A stretch of 57,964 bases of DNA, from assembly GCA_023250585.1 (NCBI GenBank), contig JAHFAK010000002.1, forward strand, positions 2,514 to 60,477, written 5' to 3'. The DNA is from Deltaproteobacteria bacterium. Its GTDB lineage: Bacteria; Bdellovibrionota_F; JAHFAK01. The position numbers were made by a program, and so were the translations under genes. This document shows positions 9,433 through 18,090 of the stretch, one piece after another (the stretch's first letter is position 1; the number at the start of each line of letters is the position of its first letter). The notes under the pieces were generated by a model. The model did not search any database, was not told the origin of the DNA, and saw nothing but the letters and a program-made list of their open reading frames with translations.

Positions 9433-9908
9433 GAGAAGATATTATACAGTATTTTAGAAATATTAAATATGCAGTAACGAGTGTTCCAAAGGGGATGATG
9501 GTTACACTGAAGAATATGTTTCGTGAACCGACTACTATTCAATACCCTGATCGGATACCACAAAAAATTGAAGACACGCTCCCGTTAAATTATAGAGGAC
9601 ACCTAGAAGTTGAAAAAGAAATATGCACAGGATGCCTTTTGTGTGAAAAATTTTGTCCGATTGATTGTATAAGGATTGATGTTCACAAAGAAGAAACAGG
9701 GCGGGTACTGCATAGCTTTAAAATTGATATGGCAAAATGTATGTATTGCGGACTCTGCGTTCCTCCATGCCCAACAGATGCAATTCGTTTTACGAGAAAA
9801 TTTGAAGGATCTACATACGATATTAAAAGCTTGCTCTTTGAATTTATAGATACTCCAACGCCGGTGTATAAACCAAATAGAGATAAAGATAAAAAGGAAG
9901 AAGCGTGA
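9429..9908 (+). CDS. nuoI: NADH-quinone oxidoreductase subunit I
   Basis: Two ferredoxin-type motifs, CTGCLLCEKFCP and CMYCGLCVPPCP. ATGA overlap with nuoH. Confidence 0.9.
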   Translation: MREDIIQYFRNIKYAVTSVPKGMMVTLKNMFREPTTIQYPDRIPQKIEDTLPLNYRGHLEVEKEICTGCLLCEKFCPIDCIRIDVHKEETGRVLHSFKIDMAKCMYCGLCVPPCPTDAIRFTRKFEGSTYDIKSLLFEFIDTPTPVYKPNRDKDKKEEA

Positions 9909-10432
9909 GTATTACATTAATTGATATATTTTTTTCTATGAGTGTAGCGCTAACAATTGCAAGTGCATTGTATACCGCTTTTTCATCCAATATTTTACGA
10001 AGCGCTTTTGGATTACTCTTTACTCTTTTAGGGGTTGCTCTTTTGTATCTTTTTTTAAATGCCGGGTTTTTGGCAGCATTACAAATTATGCTCTATGCGG
10101 GTGGAATAATGGTTATTGTAATATTCGCCATATTTTTTACACGAGAAATCCTTACGACTAAAATATCAAATCCACGTAAAGAAACACTGTACAGCTTACT
10201 GTTACTCATGATTTCTATGGTTACGCTCATTATGATTATTTTTAAAACAGATTGGGTAGAGAATAATCAACTTATTGGTTCAGATATCCGTTCAATTGGC
10301 CAGTTACTTTTAAATGAATATCTTATTGCATTTGAAATGATATCACTTCTGATACTTTTGGTTTTGATTGGTTCAGTTTCAATTGCACGAAAAGCATTTA
10401 AAGAAGCAGAAAGAAGAAAGCTCTATGATTAA
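9905..10432 (+). CDS. nuoJ: NADH-quinone oxidoreductase subunit J
   Basis: ND6-like hydrophobic protein in the conserved operon position. GTG start overlaps the nuoI stop. Confidence 0.8.
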   Translation: MSITLIDIFFSMSVALTIASALYTAFSSNILRSAFGLLFTLLGVALLYLFLNAGFLAALQIMLYAGGIMVIVIFAIFFTREILTTKISNPRKETLYSLLLLMISMVTLIMIIFKTDWVENNQLIGSDIRSIGQLLLNEYLIAFEMISLLILLVLIGSVSIARKAFKEAERRKLYD

Positions 10433-10733
10433 GTTAGAAACATTCCTCATTGTATCTGCTATTCTTTTTTCTTTGGGCATTTATATTATTATTGCACGAA
10501 AAAACGTCATTGCTATTCTTATGGGAGTTGAATTGATTCTTAATGCTGCTAGTTTAAATTTTGTTGCTTTTAATAAATATAGTGTGCCTACGAGTTTTTC
10601 AGGGCAAATGTTTTCTGTCTTTATTATTGTACTTGCTGCATGTGAAGCCGTTGTGGCTTTTGCGATTGTTATGAGTATGTATAAAAATTTTAAAGATATA
10701 AATGCTGATAGCGCAACGACTATGAAGGAGTAA
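10425..10733 (+). CDS. nuoK: NADH-quinone oxidoreductase subunit K
   Basis: ND4L-like protein of about 102 aa from the ATG at 10425 (MIKLETFLIVSAILFSLGIY), overlapping the nuoJ stop. The longer ORF from 10368 would run inside nuoJ. Confidence 0.85.
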   Translation: MIKLETFLIVSAILFSLGIYIIIARKNVIAILMGVELILNAASLNFVAFNKYSVPTSFSGQMFSVFIIVLAACEAVVAFAIVMSMYKNFKDINADSATTMKE

Positions 10734-10743
10734 ACGACAGGAA

Positions 10744-10857
10744 AGGTAGTGTATATGTTCTTTTTTTTATTCTATATCGACGTCGCTTACCCCATTCTTA
10801 ATAGTTTTATGGAAGCGACGTCGATATAGAATAAAAAAAAGAACATATACACTACCT
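10744..10857. repeat. 114-bp palindromic element (family 1, copy A) between nuoK and nuoL
   Basis: A 45-bp perfect inverted repeat (AGGTAGTGTATATGTTCTTTTTTTTATTCTATATCGACGTCGCTT and its complement) around a ~20-nt loop. It is related to 39530-39644 in the opposite orientation. Confidence 0.9.
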
Positions 10858-10867
10858 CTCCTAAAGA

Positions 10868-12925
10868 GTGAATACATCTATGAAAGAATTTATCATACAT
10901 TACGCTCACATCATTTTGTTATTTCCATTGCTCGGTTTTATTATCAATGGACTTGTGGGTAAATTTTTACAGGACGCTTTTGGAAAAAGTATTTGTGGAA
11001 TTATAGCCTCTCTTATGGTTTGTGCATCTTTTGCTCTTTCCTTGGGTATCTTTTGTACGCTTAGTGAATTGGATCCCCGCAGTCGTTTATTTACAATCAC
11101 GCTTTTTGATTGGATAAATGTTGGAAATCTTCATACCTCAATTTCTTTTCTCTTTGATCCGCTCACAAGTGTGATGCTTTTGATTATTTCGGGAGTTGGT
11201 TTTTTGATTCATATCTATGCCATCGGATATATGCATCATGATTCGTCAACATGGCGCTTTTTTGCTTTCTTTAATCTCTTTATTTTCATGATGCTTGAAC
11301 TCGTTATTGCTGATAATGTTTTTCTTATGTTTTTAGGATGGGAAGGTGTAGGTCTCTGCTCCTATCTGCTCATTGGATTTTGGTATAAAGATAAGGCGAA
11401 TGTTATTGCCGGAAATAAAGCATTCATAGTAAATCGCATCGGTGACCTTGGATTTATTATTGGAGTTTTTCTGCTTTTTTGGGCAATTGGGTCTCAAGGT
11501 ATATGGACGCTGAATTTTGCTGAACTCAAAGAGTATTCTTATCTGCTCGAAAATTTATATCTTGGAAATATAAACGTTGTAACAATTATATGTTTGTGTT
11601 TTTTCTTTGGAGCATGCGGAAAATCAGCCCAAATCCCCTTATATGTGTGGCTACCGGATGCAATGGCTGGTCCAACACCGGTGAGCGCACTTATTCATGC
11701 CGCAACAATGGTTACGGCTGGAATATATATGGTTACTCGACTGAGCTTTCTCTTTATTTTGAGCCCTGTTGCATTAGGAGTAATTGCAATCACTGGTGCG
11801 GTAACTGCGGTTTTTGCCGCAACAATTGGTTTTGCACAAAACGATATTAAAAAAATTTTAGCTTATTCCACCGTGAGTCAACTTGGATATATGTTTTTAG
11901 CTCTCGGAGTTGGGGCTTTTTCTGCCGGAATCTTTCATGTAATGACTCATGCGTTTTTTAAAGCGCTTTTATTTATGGGTGCGGGCAGTATTATTCTTGG
12001 TATGCATCATGAGCAGGATATCACTAAAATGGGTGGGCTTCGCAAAAAAATGCGCTGGACATATTACACGTTTTTAGTTGCAACTATTGCGCTTTTGGGA
12101 ATTTTCCCTCTGTCAGGATTTTTTAGTAAAGACCAAATTCTGTGGAGTGTTTTTAGTAGTCCTTATGGAAGTAAATCCCTCTGGTTACTTGGTGTATTTG
12201 GAGCAGGACTTACAAGCTTTTATATGATTCGACTGGTGACATTAACTTTCTTTGGGAGACATCATCATACAGATAAAGCACACGATACATTACATGAAGT
12301 TCATGAATCTCCAAAAGTTATAATTATTCCATTGGTTATTCTTGCGATGCTCTCGGTTATTGGAGGTTTTGTAGGTGTTCCTCATATATTTGGCGGATCA
12401 AATATACTTCAAGTATATCTTTCACCTGTTATAGCTGATGCTGAGCTTAATCATTATCCAATGATTACTGAAGTTGGACTCATGCTTGTCGTATTTATGT
12501 GTGTCCTTGGATTTGCTTATGGAGCTTATTATCTCTATTCAAGAAAACCGAGCCGTCGGGCAAAACTGATTGAGAGATTTTCTTTTCCGTATAAAGTTAT
12601 TTCAAGAAAATATTTTGTGGATGAAATATATCAGCATCTGTTTGTAAACAACATTATGAGAACGATGAGATTTATGGCTCGCTTTGATATGGTTGTTGTT
12701 GATGGGCTTGTTAACTTTGCGGCGTTTCTCACGAGAATAGGGGCATATGGTAATTCCTGGATTGATAAAGTTTTTGTTGATGGCCTCGTCAATGGAATTG
12801 CGACTGTAATAGGCTCACTTGGAAGTAGATTACGAAAAATACAAACAGGATATATTCAGGATTATGTCTATGTCCTTTTTGCATCGATTATTTTTATACT
12901 GTTGTTTCGATTTATGATTGCATGA
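10868..12925 (+). CDS. nuoL: NADH-quinone oxidoreductase subunit L
   Basis: ND5 signatures WEGVGLCSYLLIGFW and PVSALIHAATMVTAGIY. The start is uncertain, either GTG at 10868 or ATG at 10880. Confidence 0.9.
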   Translation: MNTSMKEFIIHYAHIILLFPLLGFIINGLVGKFLQDAFGKSICGIIASLMVCASFALSLGIFCTLSELDPRSRLFTITLFDWINVGNLHTSISFLFDPLTSVMLLIISGVGFLIHIYAIGYMHHDSSTWRFFAFFNLFIFMMLELVIADNVFLMFLGWEGVGLCSYLLIGFWYKDKANVIAGNKAFIVNRIGDLGFIIGVFLLFWAIGSQGIWTLNFAELKEYSYLLENLYLGNINVVTIICLCFFFGACGKSAQIPLYVWLPDAMAGPTPVSALIHAATMVTAGIYMVTRLSFLFILSPVALGVIAITGAVTAVFAATIGFAQNDIKKILAYSTVSQLGYMFLALGVGAFSAGIFHVMTHAFFKALLFMGAGSIILGMHHEQDITKMGGLRKKMRWTYYTFLVATIALLGIFPLSGFFSKDQILWSVFSSPYGSKSLWLLGVFGAGLTSFYMIRLVTLTFFGRHHHTDKAHDTLHEVHESPKVIIIPLVILAMLSVIGGFVGVPHIFGGSNILQVYLSPVIADAELNHYPMITEVGLMLVVFMCVLGFAYGAYYLYSRKPSRRAKLIERFSFPYKVISRKYFVDEIYQHLFVNNIMRTMRFMARFDMVVVDGLVNFAAFLTRIGAYGNSWIDKVFVDGLVNGIATVIGSLGSRLRKIQTGYIQDYVYVLFASIIFILLFRFMIA

Positions 12926-12927
12926 AG

Positions 12928-13043
12928 TGGGACTCATGAAGAGGGATGATGTCATTGCGAGCGAAGCGAAGCAATCTCTAACAAAACAAATAAGATTGCT
13001 TCGTCGCTATCGCTCCTCGCAATGACAGCCAACGTGAGACCCA
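12928..13043. repeat. Palindromic element (family 2, copy A) between nuoL and nuoM
   Basis: Arm GTCATTGCGAGCGAAGCGAAGCAATCT (12951-12977) pairs with AGATTGCTTCG...CTCCTCGCAATGAC (12993-13026). The same arm family occurs at 48631-48785. Confidence 0.85.
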
Positions 13044-13056
13044 ATAGGAGTAAATT

Positions 13057-14550
13057 ATGGAATTGATCAATGAACATTTACTTTCATTAATGGTTTTTTT
13101 GCCACTCATTGGAGCAATGCTTATTGTTTTGCTTCCGAAAAGCAGTGAACAATCTTTTAAATGGATTGCATGTATCACAACATTGCTTCCGCTCATCTTA
13201 GCGTATAAAATTTTTGTTCTCTTTAATCGAGATGTCGCTGGTTTATCGATTAACCAAGGCTTCCAGTTTGTTGAAAAATTTTCATGGATTCCCGCTTTTA
13301 ATATTGAATATTTTTTGGGGATAGATGGATTAAGTATTTTAATGTTATTACTCACGGCTCTTTTATGTCCACTCTGTATTCTTGCTTCATGGAATATTAA
13401 TAAGGGTTTAAAAGGCTATTTCAGTCTTTTCTTACTTCTTGAAACAGGAATGATGGGTGTGTTTTGTTCACTCGATTTTTTCTTATTCTATGTGTTTTGG
13501 GAAGTAATGCTTTTACCGATGTATTTTCTGATCGGTGTTTGGGGGGGGCCTCGACGAGAATATGCAGCGATTAAGTTTTTTCTCTATACACTTGTTGGAA
13601 GCGTACTTATGCTTTTAGTAATGCTGTACTTCTATTTTATGACTGAACCTCATACCTTTGATATAACACGACTTATAGCAGAACATAAAAATTTTCTTGG
13701 GTTTGGACATATTCTTTGGTTTGCACTTTATATTGGTTTTGCAATCAAAATTCCTGTTTTTCCATTTCATACATGGCTTCCCGATGCCCATGTCGAGGCG
13801 CCTACCGCAATTAGTGTGATTCTTGCGGGAGTCTTACTTAAAATGGGAGCCTATGGAATTCTCCGAATTTCCTATCCAATTTTGCCTGAAGCAACACTCT
13901 ATTTTAGTACATTTCTCGCTATCATGGGAGTAATTAATATTGTGTATGGTGCACTCTGTGCTATGGCTCAGAAGGATCTAAAGAAATTAGTCGCATATTC
14001 ATCAATCAGCCATATGGGATATGTGCTGTTAGGTATGGCAAGTTTTACTGAAGAAGGCATTAATGGAGCGGTTTTACAGATGTTTAATCATGGAACGATT
14101 ACCGCCATGCTCTTTATTTTAGTTGGGGTCGTTTATGATCGGGCCCATCATCGTGAAATTGATGGTTTTGGTGGTCTTGCAAGTCGTGTGCCGGTTTATA
14201 CGGGAATTACCGCTTTTGCATTTTTTGCAGGACTTGGCCTTCCAGGGCTTTCAAGTTTTGTTTCTGAAGTATTAGTCCTTTTGGGCGCTTTCCAGAAATT
14301 TACACTCTATACAATCATTGCTGGCACAGGAATAATTTTGGGAGCAGCATATTTTTTATGGACAATCCAACGCGTATTTTTAGGAAAATTAGACGCAAAG
14401 TATGCGGAACTTCCTGATATTAATATTCGTGAAATTCTAAGTTTGGCGCCATTAGTAGTTATTGTCGTAGTGCTTGGTGTCTATCCGCAGCCAGTATTGG
14501 ATTTAATGAAAGCATCTCTAGGATATTTGAATAGTGTCGTGGGAGGATAA
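13057..14550 (+). CDS. nuoM: NADH-quinone oxidoreductase subunit M
   Basis: ND4 signature FPFHTWLPDAHVEAPTA. AGGAG Shine-Dalgarno 7 nt upstream. Confidence 0.9.
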   Translation: MELINEHLLSLMVFLPLIGAMLIVLLPKSSEQSFKWIACITTLLPLILAYKIFVLFNRDVAGLSINQGFQFVEKFSWIPAFNIEYFLGIDGLSILMLLLTALLCPLCILASWNINKGLKGYFSLFLLLETGMMGVFCSLDFFLFYVFWEVMLLPMYFLIGVWGGPRREYAAIKFFLYTLVGSVLMLLVMLYFYFMTEPHTFDITRLIAEHKNFLGFGHILWFALYIGFAIKIPVFPFHTWLPDAHVEAPTAISVILAGVLLKMGAYGILRISYPILPEATLYFSTFLAIMGVINIVYGALCAMAQKDLKKLVAYSSISHMGYVLLGMASFTEEGINGAVLQMFNHGTITAMLFILVGVVYDRAHHREIDGFGGLASRVPVYTGITAFAFFAGLGLPGLSSFVSEVLVLLGAFQKFTLYTIIAGTGIILGAAYFLWTIQRVFLGKLDAKYAELPDINIREILSLAPLVVIVVVLGVYPQPVLDLMKASLGYLNSVVGG

Positions 14551-14557
14551 TGAACAG

Positions 14558-16051
14558 ATGTTACTAGGCAATATCCAAAGTATATATTACTTCGTACCTG
14601 AATTATTACTCTCTTTTTTTATTTTTATTATCTTATTCATGGATCTTCTGAAGATTGATCAAAAAGTTATATACGCACTTGCACCGCTTTTTCTTTTGAT
14701 TACTTTTATGGTTCAAACAAATTTAGATATTCGCTCCGTATATTTATTTGAAGGAATTCTTCGTTACGATGCTCTTGGCGTGTATTTTAAATACTTTACC
14801 TATATTGTTTTATTCGTTGTGGTGCTTATTTCACTCAGTTCCAATGAAACGAATACAAAAGCGACAACAACTTTTGGCTTTTTGCCGGCGGAATATCTCA
14901 TGCTTACCTTTGGGCTTGGCATTGGAATGATATTGCTTGCAACGAGTAATAATATGCTTATGACCTATCTTGCAATCGAATTCCTCAGTCTACTTTCATA
15001 CATTGCTACAGGCTTTAAATTTAAAAATAAAAAATCAAATGAAGCCTCGCTCAAGTATGTTATTTATGGTGGTGTTGCCTCGGGAATCATGATTTATGGA
15101 ATTTCTTTTTTATATGGAATGACAGGCTCGCTTTTTTATAACAGTATTGGATCGTTTCTTACTAATCAACCAACGTATAATGTAACGCTTTTTGTTTCTA
15201 TCTTATTCATCTATGCAGGGCTTGGATATAAAATAGCAACAATTCCCATGCACATGTGGTGTCCGGATGTCTATGAAGGAGCGCCAACGCCCGTGACTGC
15301 ATTGCTTTCCGTAGGACCAAAAGCAGCTGGATTTATTTTGGCTTTACGGCTTTTTTATGAAGTATTTAGCGTAAACTTTCAGGATATCACTCATATCAAC
15401 TGGCCGCTTTTTATTGCCATTATTTCTGTCTTTACGATGACGTTGGGTAATTTAGTAGCTATACACCAAACAAATCTTAAACGCCTATTGGCATATTCGA
15501 GTATTGCGCATGCAGGTTATGTACTCATGGGAATAGCGTCTATTAGTATTTTAGGCCAACAATCGGTTCTCTTTTATCTTGTCGTATATATGCTTATGAA
15601 TTTTGGTGCATTTTTAGTCGTAATTCTTATTTCAAATCGATATGGCGTCGAAGAAATAGAGGACTATCGAGGTCTTGCGTGGAAGACTCCGTATTTAGGA
15701 TTTATTGCGGTACTTATGACTATCTTTTTGCTTTCACTCACCGGTCTTCCTCCATTTGCTGGTTTTATTGGTAAGTTCTATCTCTTCTCAGCAGTCATTG
15801 AAAAAGGGCCTTCATATTATTGGCTCGCACTCGCTGGTGTTATTAATAGTGTTATTTCACTTTATTATTATGCACGAATTATCAAGGCTATGTTTTTGGA
15901 AGAAGCGCGCACCGAAATTGCTCTTGTTGATGGAGATACCCAAGTCCTTGGAACGGCAATACTGAGCGTGCTTGCATTTTTTACCCTTCTTTTTGGAATT
16001 TATTGGGGCCCCGTGTTCGAGGTTATCACTACTATATTTGCTTCACTATAA
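14558..16051 (+). CDS. nuoN: NADH-quinone oxidoreductase subunit N
   Basis: ND2 signature MHMWCPDVYEGAPTPVTA. I chose the ATG at 14558, preceded by GGGAGGA. The track's GTG at 14534 lies inside nuoM. Confidence 0.9.
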   Translation: MLLGNIQSIYYFVPELLLSFFIFIILFMDLLKIDQKVIYALAPLFLLITFMVQTNLDIRSVYLFEGILRYDALGVYFKYFTYIVLFVVVLISLSSNETNTKATTTFGFLPAEYLMLTFGLGIGMILLATSNNMLMTYLAIEFLSLLSYIATGFKFKNKKSNEASLKYVIYGGVASGIMIYGISFLYGMTGSLFYNSIGSFLTNQPTYNVTLFVSILFIYAGLGYKIATIPMHMWCPDVYEGAPTPVTALLSVGPKAAGFILALRLFYEVFSVNFQDITHINWPLFIAIISVFTMTLGNLVAIHQTNLKRLLAYSSIAHAGYVLMGIASISILGQQSVLFYLVVYMLMNFGAFLVVILISNRYGVEEIEDYRGLAWKTPYLGFIAVLMTIFLLSLTGLPPFAGFIGKFYLFSAVIEKGPSYYWLALAGVINSVISLYYYARIIKAMFLEEARTEIALVDGDTQVLGTAILSVLAFFTLLFGIYWGPVFEVITTIFASL

Positions 16052-16160
16052 GCGCTTACAAGATTCGAAGTTTGAGGCAGTAAAGTCGCAGTGTAAAAGA
16101 GTATGGATGGCCTGTTCATTATAACTCATTAACATTATAAAGGTAATTTAGTTCTGTTTT

Positions 16161-16176
16161 TGGCATAAAAATTGCA
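16161..16176 (+). promoter_or_regulatory. Candidate sigma-54 (-24/-12) promoter
   Basis: TGGCAT-AAAAA-TTGCA with GG-N10-GC spacing. The GC is 31 nt upstream of the ATG at 16206, and GAAGG lies in between. Confidence 0.35.
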
Positions 16177-16205
16177 GTATTCCAGTAAACAGAAGGCTCA
16201 TAAAC

Positions 16206-17141
16206 ATGAAACTATACATTTATATTATCATCATTATTTTATTTAGCGTAAGTTCTGGCCAATTTCTTAAAGCGCAAGATGTAAAGGAGCTTTCAAAAAA
16301 ATATCCCATATCTACACAAGGGATTGAGTTTGGTCCGAATAGAAGGATAATGTTTTTTCAAAACAATACCTGCATGGGCAAACAATATACCTGGGGATCC
16401 TATACTAAGGGTGGCACAACAACAATAAAAATTCCCGACGGTATGTGGGCAAAGATAATCTTTGGGGAGGATGATTTAACTTCTTGTACGAAGGGAGAAT
16501 TACAAGTAAACGTGATTCAATTTAATTTTGTTCCCTTGAATTTTAGTGGAAAGCGTACAATAATCTTAATACCAACAACTAACGAATTTGGTTCTAAAGA
16601 CATACAACGTGGTTTTATCGCTTTCTTTAAGTATTTAAAAGAAAAGAAAATCAGGCAACCAATTTCATTACTTGCTGCTTACACGTTTGCTGGTGAGGAT
16701 AATATTGAAGAATTGATTAGAGCAGAAGAGCTCGAAGCGCTTCCTGTAGAAGGCAACAATTCAATCACACAGAGAATTATAGGTAAATTAGATTTTGAAT
16801 CTACTGATATTCTTTCTAACAGCTCTATACAGATTCTAAACCTTACAGAAATGTACTTTAACAAAAAACATATAGAGATTGAGAAAATTATATATTTTAG
16901 TGCTAAACGTATGGAACCAAAGTTCCCCCAAGGTCAATGGATTAATAATAATAGTGAAGTTTTAATGGTTGCTCCTCTTTTACTGTGGATTTTCCGTGAT
17001 ATTGAAATTCATATAGTAACAAACGTGGATTGTGATTTTTGGAATAAACGAAAAGAATTTAATCTTCCCTGTACCGTCCTTCCTATGGGCACAGAACCAG
17101 AAAAAATTAGCGAGTTCTTGAAGAATGTATTGTTGAACTAA
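16206..17141 (+). CDS. Secreted hypothetical protein
   Basis: N-terminal signal peptide (IIIIILFSVSSGQFLKA). I recognise no family motif. Confidence 0.6.
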   Translation: MKLYIYIIIIILFSVSSGQFLKAQDVKELSKKYPISTQGIEFGPNRRIMFFQNNTCMGKQYTWGSYTKGGTTTIKIPDGMWAKIIFGEDDLTSCTKGELQVNVIQFNFVPLNFSGKRTIILIPTTNEFGSKDIQRGFIAFFKYLKEKKIRQPISLLAAYTFAGEDNIEELIRAEELEALPVEGNNSITQRIIGKLDFESTDILSNSSIQILNLTEMYFNKKHIEIEKIIYFSAKRMEPKFPQGQWINNNSEVLMVAPLLLWIFRDIEIHIVTNVDCDFWNKRKEFNLPCTVLPMGTEPEKISEFLKNVLLN

Positions 17142-17367
17142 AACATGTAGATGATGTCCTTTATATAATAGTAAACACTTCTCTGATGAGCGTGTATGTT
17201 ATTATAGATGACACATTTATTCCTTCAAGGTATTGTAATAGCATGGTAACATATCCTTTATCGTTAGATGAACTTTCGAGTCTTTATTTTCAACTGCAAC
17301 AAACACGAAAAAAAATTGTACGTGTATTCTGTGAAAAAATAATGTCTTACTTTTATAGTTCTCAAGT

Positions 17368-17772
17368 TTATAAAGTATATTTTTCAATAAATTCTCTTGG
17401 TGAGATTATTTTTATATTTTGATAATTCTTAACGTTTAATAAGTGTTTGTCTCCACTAACAATAATCTTAGTATTACTAGCCAAAGCGCATTCAATAAAT
17501 TTTTCATCACTTGGATCTTCACAGATTTTTTCATTAAGTTTAATAGGCATTGTTAAAATAGATTTGATGGTAATAAGATCAATTAATTCATCAATATTGA
17601 TTTCTGGAAATTTAATTGAAAGTTCTTTACCTACTCTTTGATATTCATTGAGAATATCTAGAGTTATTACAATAACAATATCTCCCGAGAAAATACTTTC
17701 CATTATTTTACGTGGATAACCTTTCCAGAATATTCCTGAAACGAGGACATTTGTATCGAGTACTATAGTCAT
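17368..17772 (-). CDS. PIN-domain toxin (VapC-like, PIN_3-type)
   Basis: MTIVLDTNVLVSG... N-terminal acidic motif and C-terminal DPSDEKFIECA...IVSGDKHLL. 134 aa, located 3 nt downstream of the antitoxin gene. Confidence 0.8.
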   Translation of the reverse strand: MTIVLDTNVLVSGIFWKGYPRKIMESIFSGDIVIVITLDILNEYQRVGKELSIKFPEINIDELIDLITIKSILTMPIKLNEKICEDPSDEKFIECALASNTKIIVSGDKHLLNVKNYQNIKIISPREFIEKYTL

Positions 17773-17775
17773 TAA

Positions 17776-18033
17776 TTATTTCCGTACTTTTTTAATAATT
17801 CTTTTAAGGTCAGATTTTTTTAGTTTTGCTTGTTTTGCTTGTTTTTCTGCTTTAGTCAGTAACGTTTTAAAGTCATCTATACCTGGCTGTGTAATACTTT
17901 TTAGAATCACCGTATCTTGTTCTCCTAAGACAACAAATTCAGTACCTTCACGTAAATTGAGCTCATTTCTAATGTCTTCAGGAATGACTATTTGTCCTTT
18001 TGAGGACATTCGAGTTGTTGCAAAATGTGCCAT
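17776..18033 (-). CDS. AbrB/MazE/SpoVT-type antitoxin
   Basis: SSKGQIVIPEDIRNELNLREGTEF is the looped-hinge-helix AbrB/SpoVT motif. 85 aa, immediately upstream of the PIN gene. Confidence 0.8.
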   Translation of the reverse strand: MAHFATTRMSSKGQIVIPEDIRNELNLREGTEFVVLGEQDTVILKSITQPGIDDFKTLLTKAEKQAKQAKLKKSDLKRIIKKVRK

Positions 18034-18090
18034 AGTATGTCTCCTTTCTTACTAGTAAGAAATATGAATTGATTAATTTTAGCAAGGAAA

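Noticed and set aside
10744-13043. Possibility that the palindromic repeats represent a CRISPR array
   Set aside because: The repeats are long hairpins from different families. They are not regularly spaced direct repeats with unique spacers, and no cas genes are present.
12978-13355. 125-aa minus-strand ORF ending in ...SLRGAIATKQSYLFC
   Set aside because: It runs antisense to the well-supported nuoM gene. Its C-terminal part is simply a translation of the palindromic repeat, so it is an annotation artefact of the repeat family.
17186-17422. 78-aa plus-strand ORF
   Set aside because: It overlaps the 3' end of the PIN toxin gene, has no RBS and shows no recognisable features. It is likely spurious.
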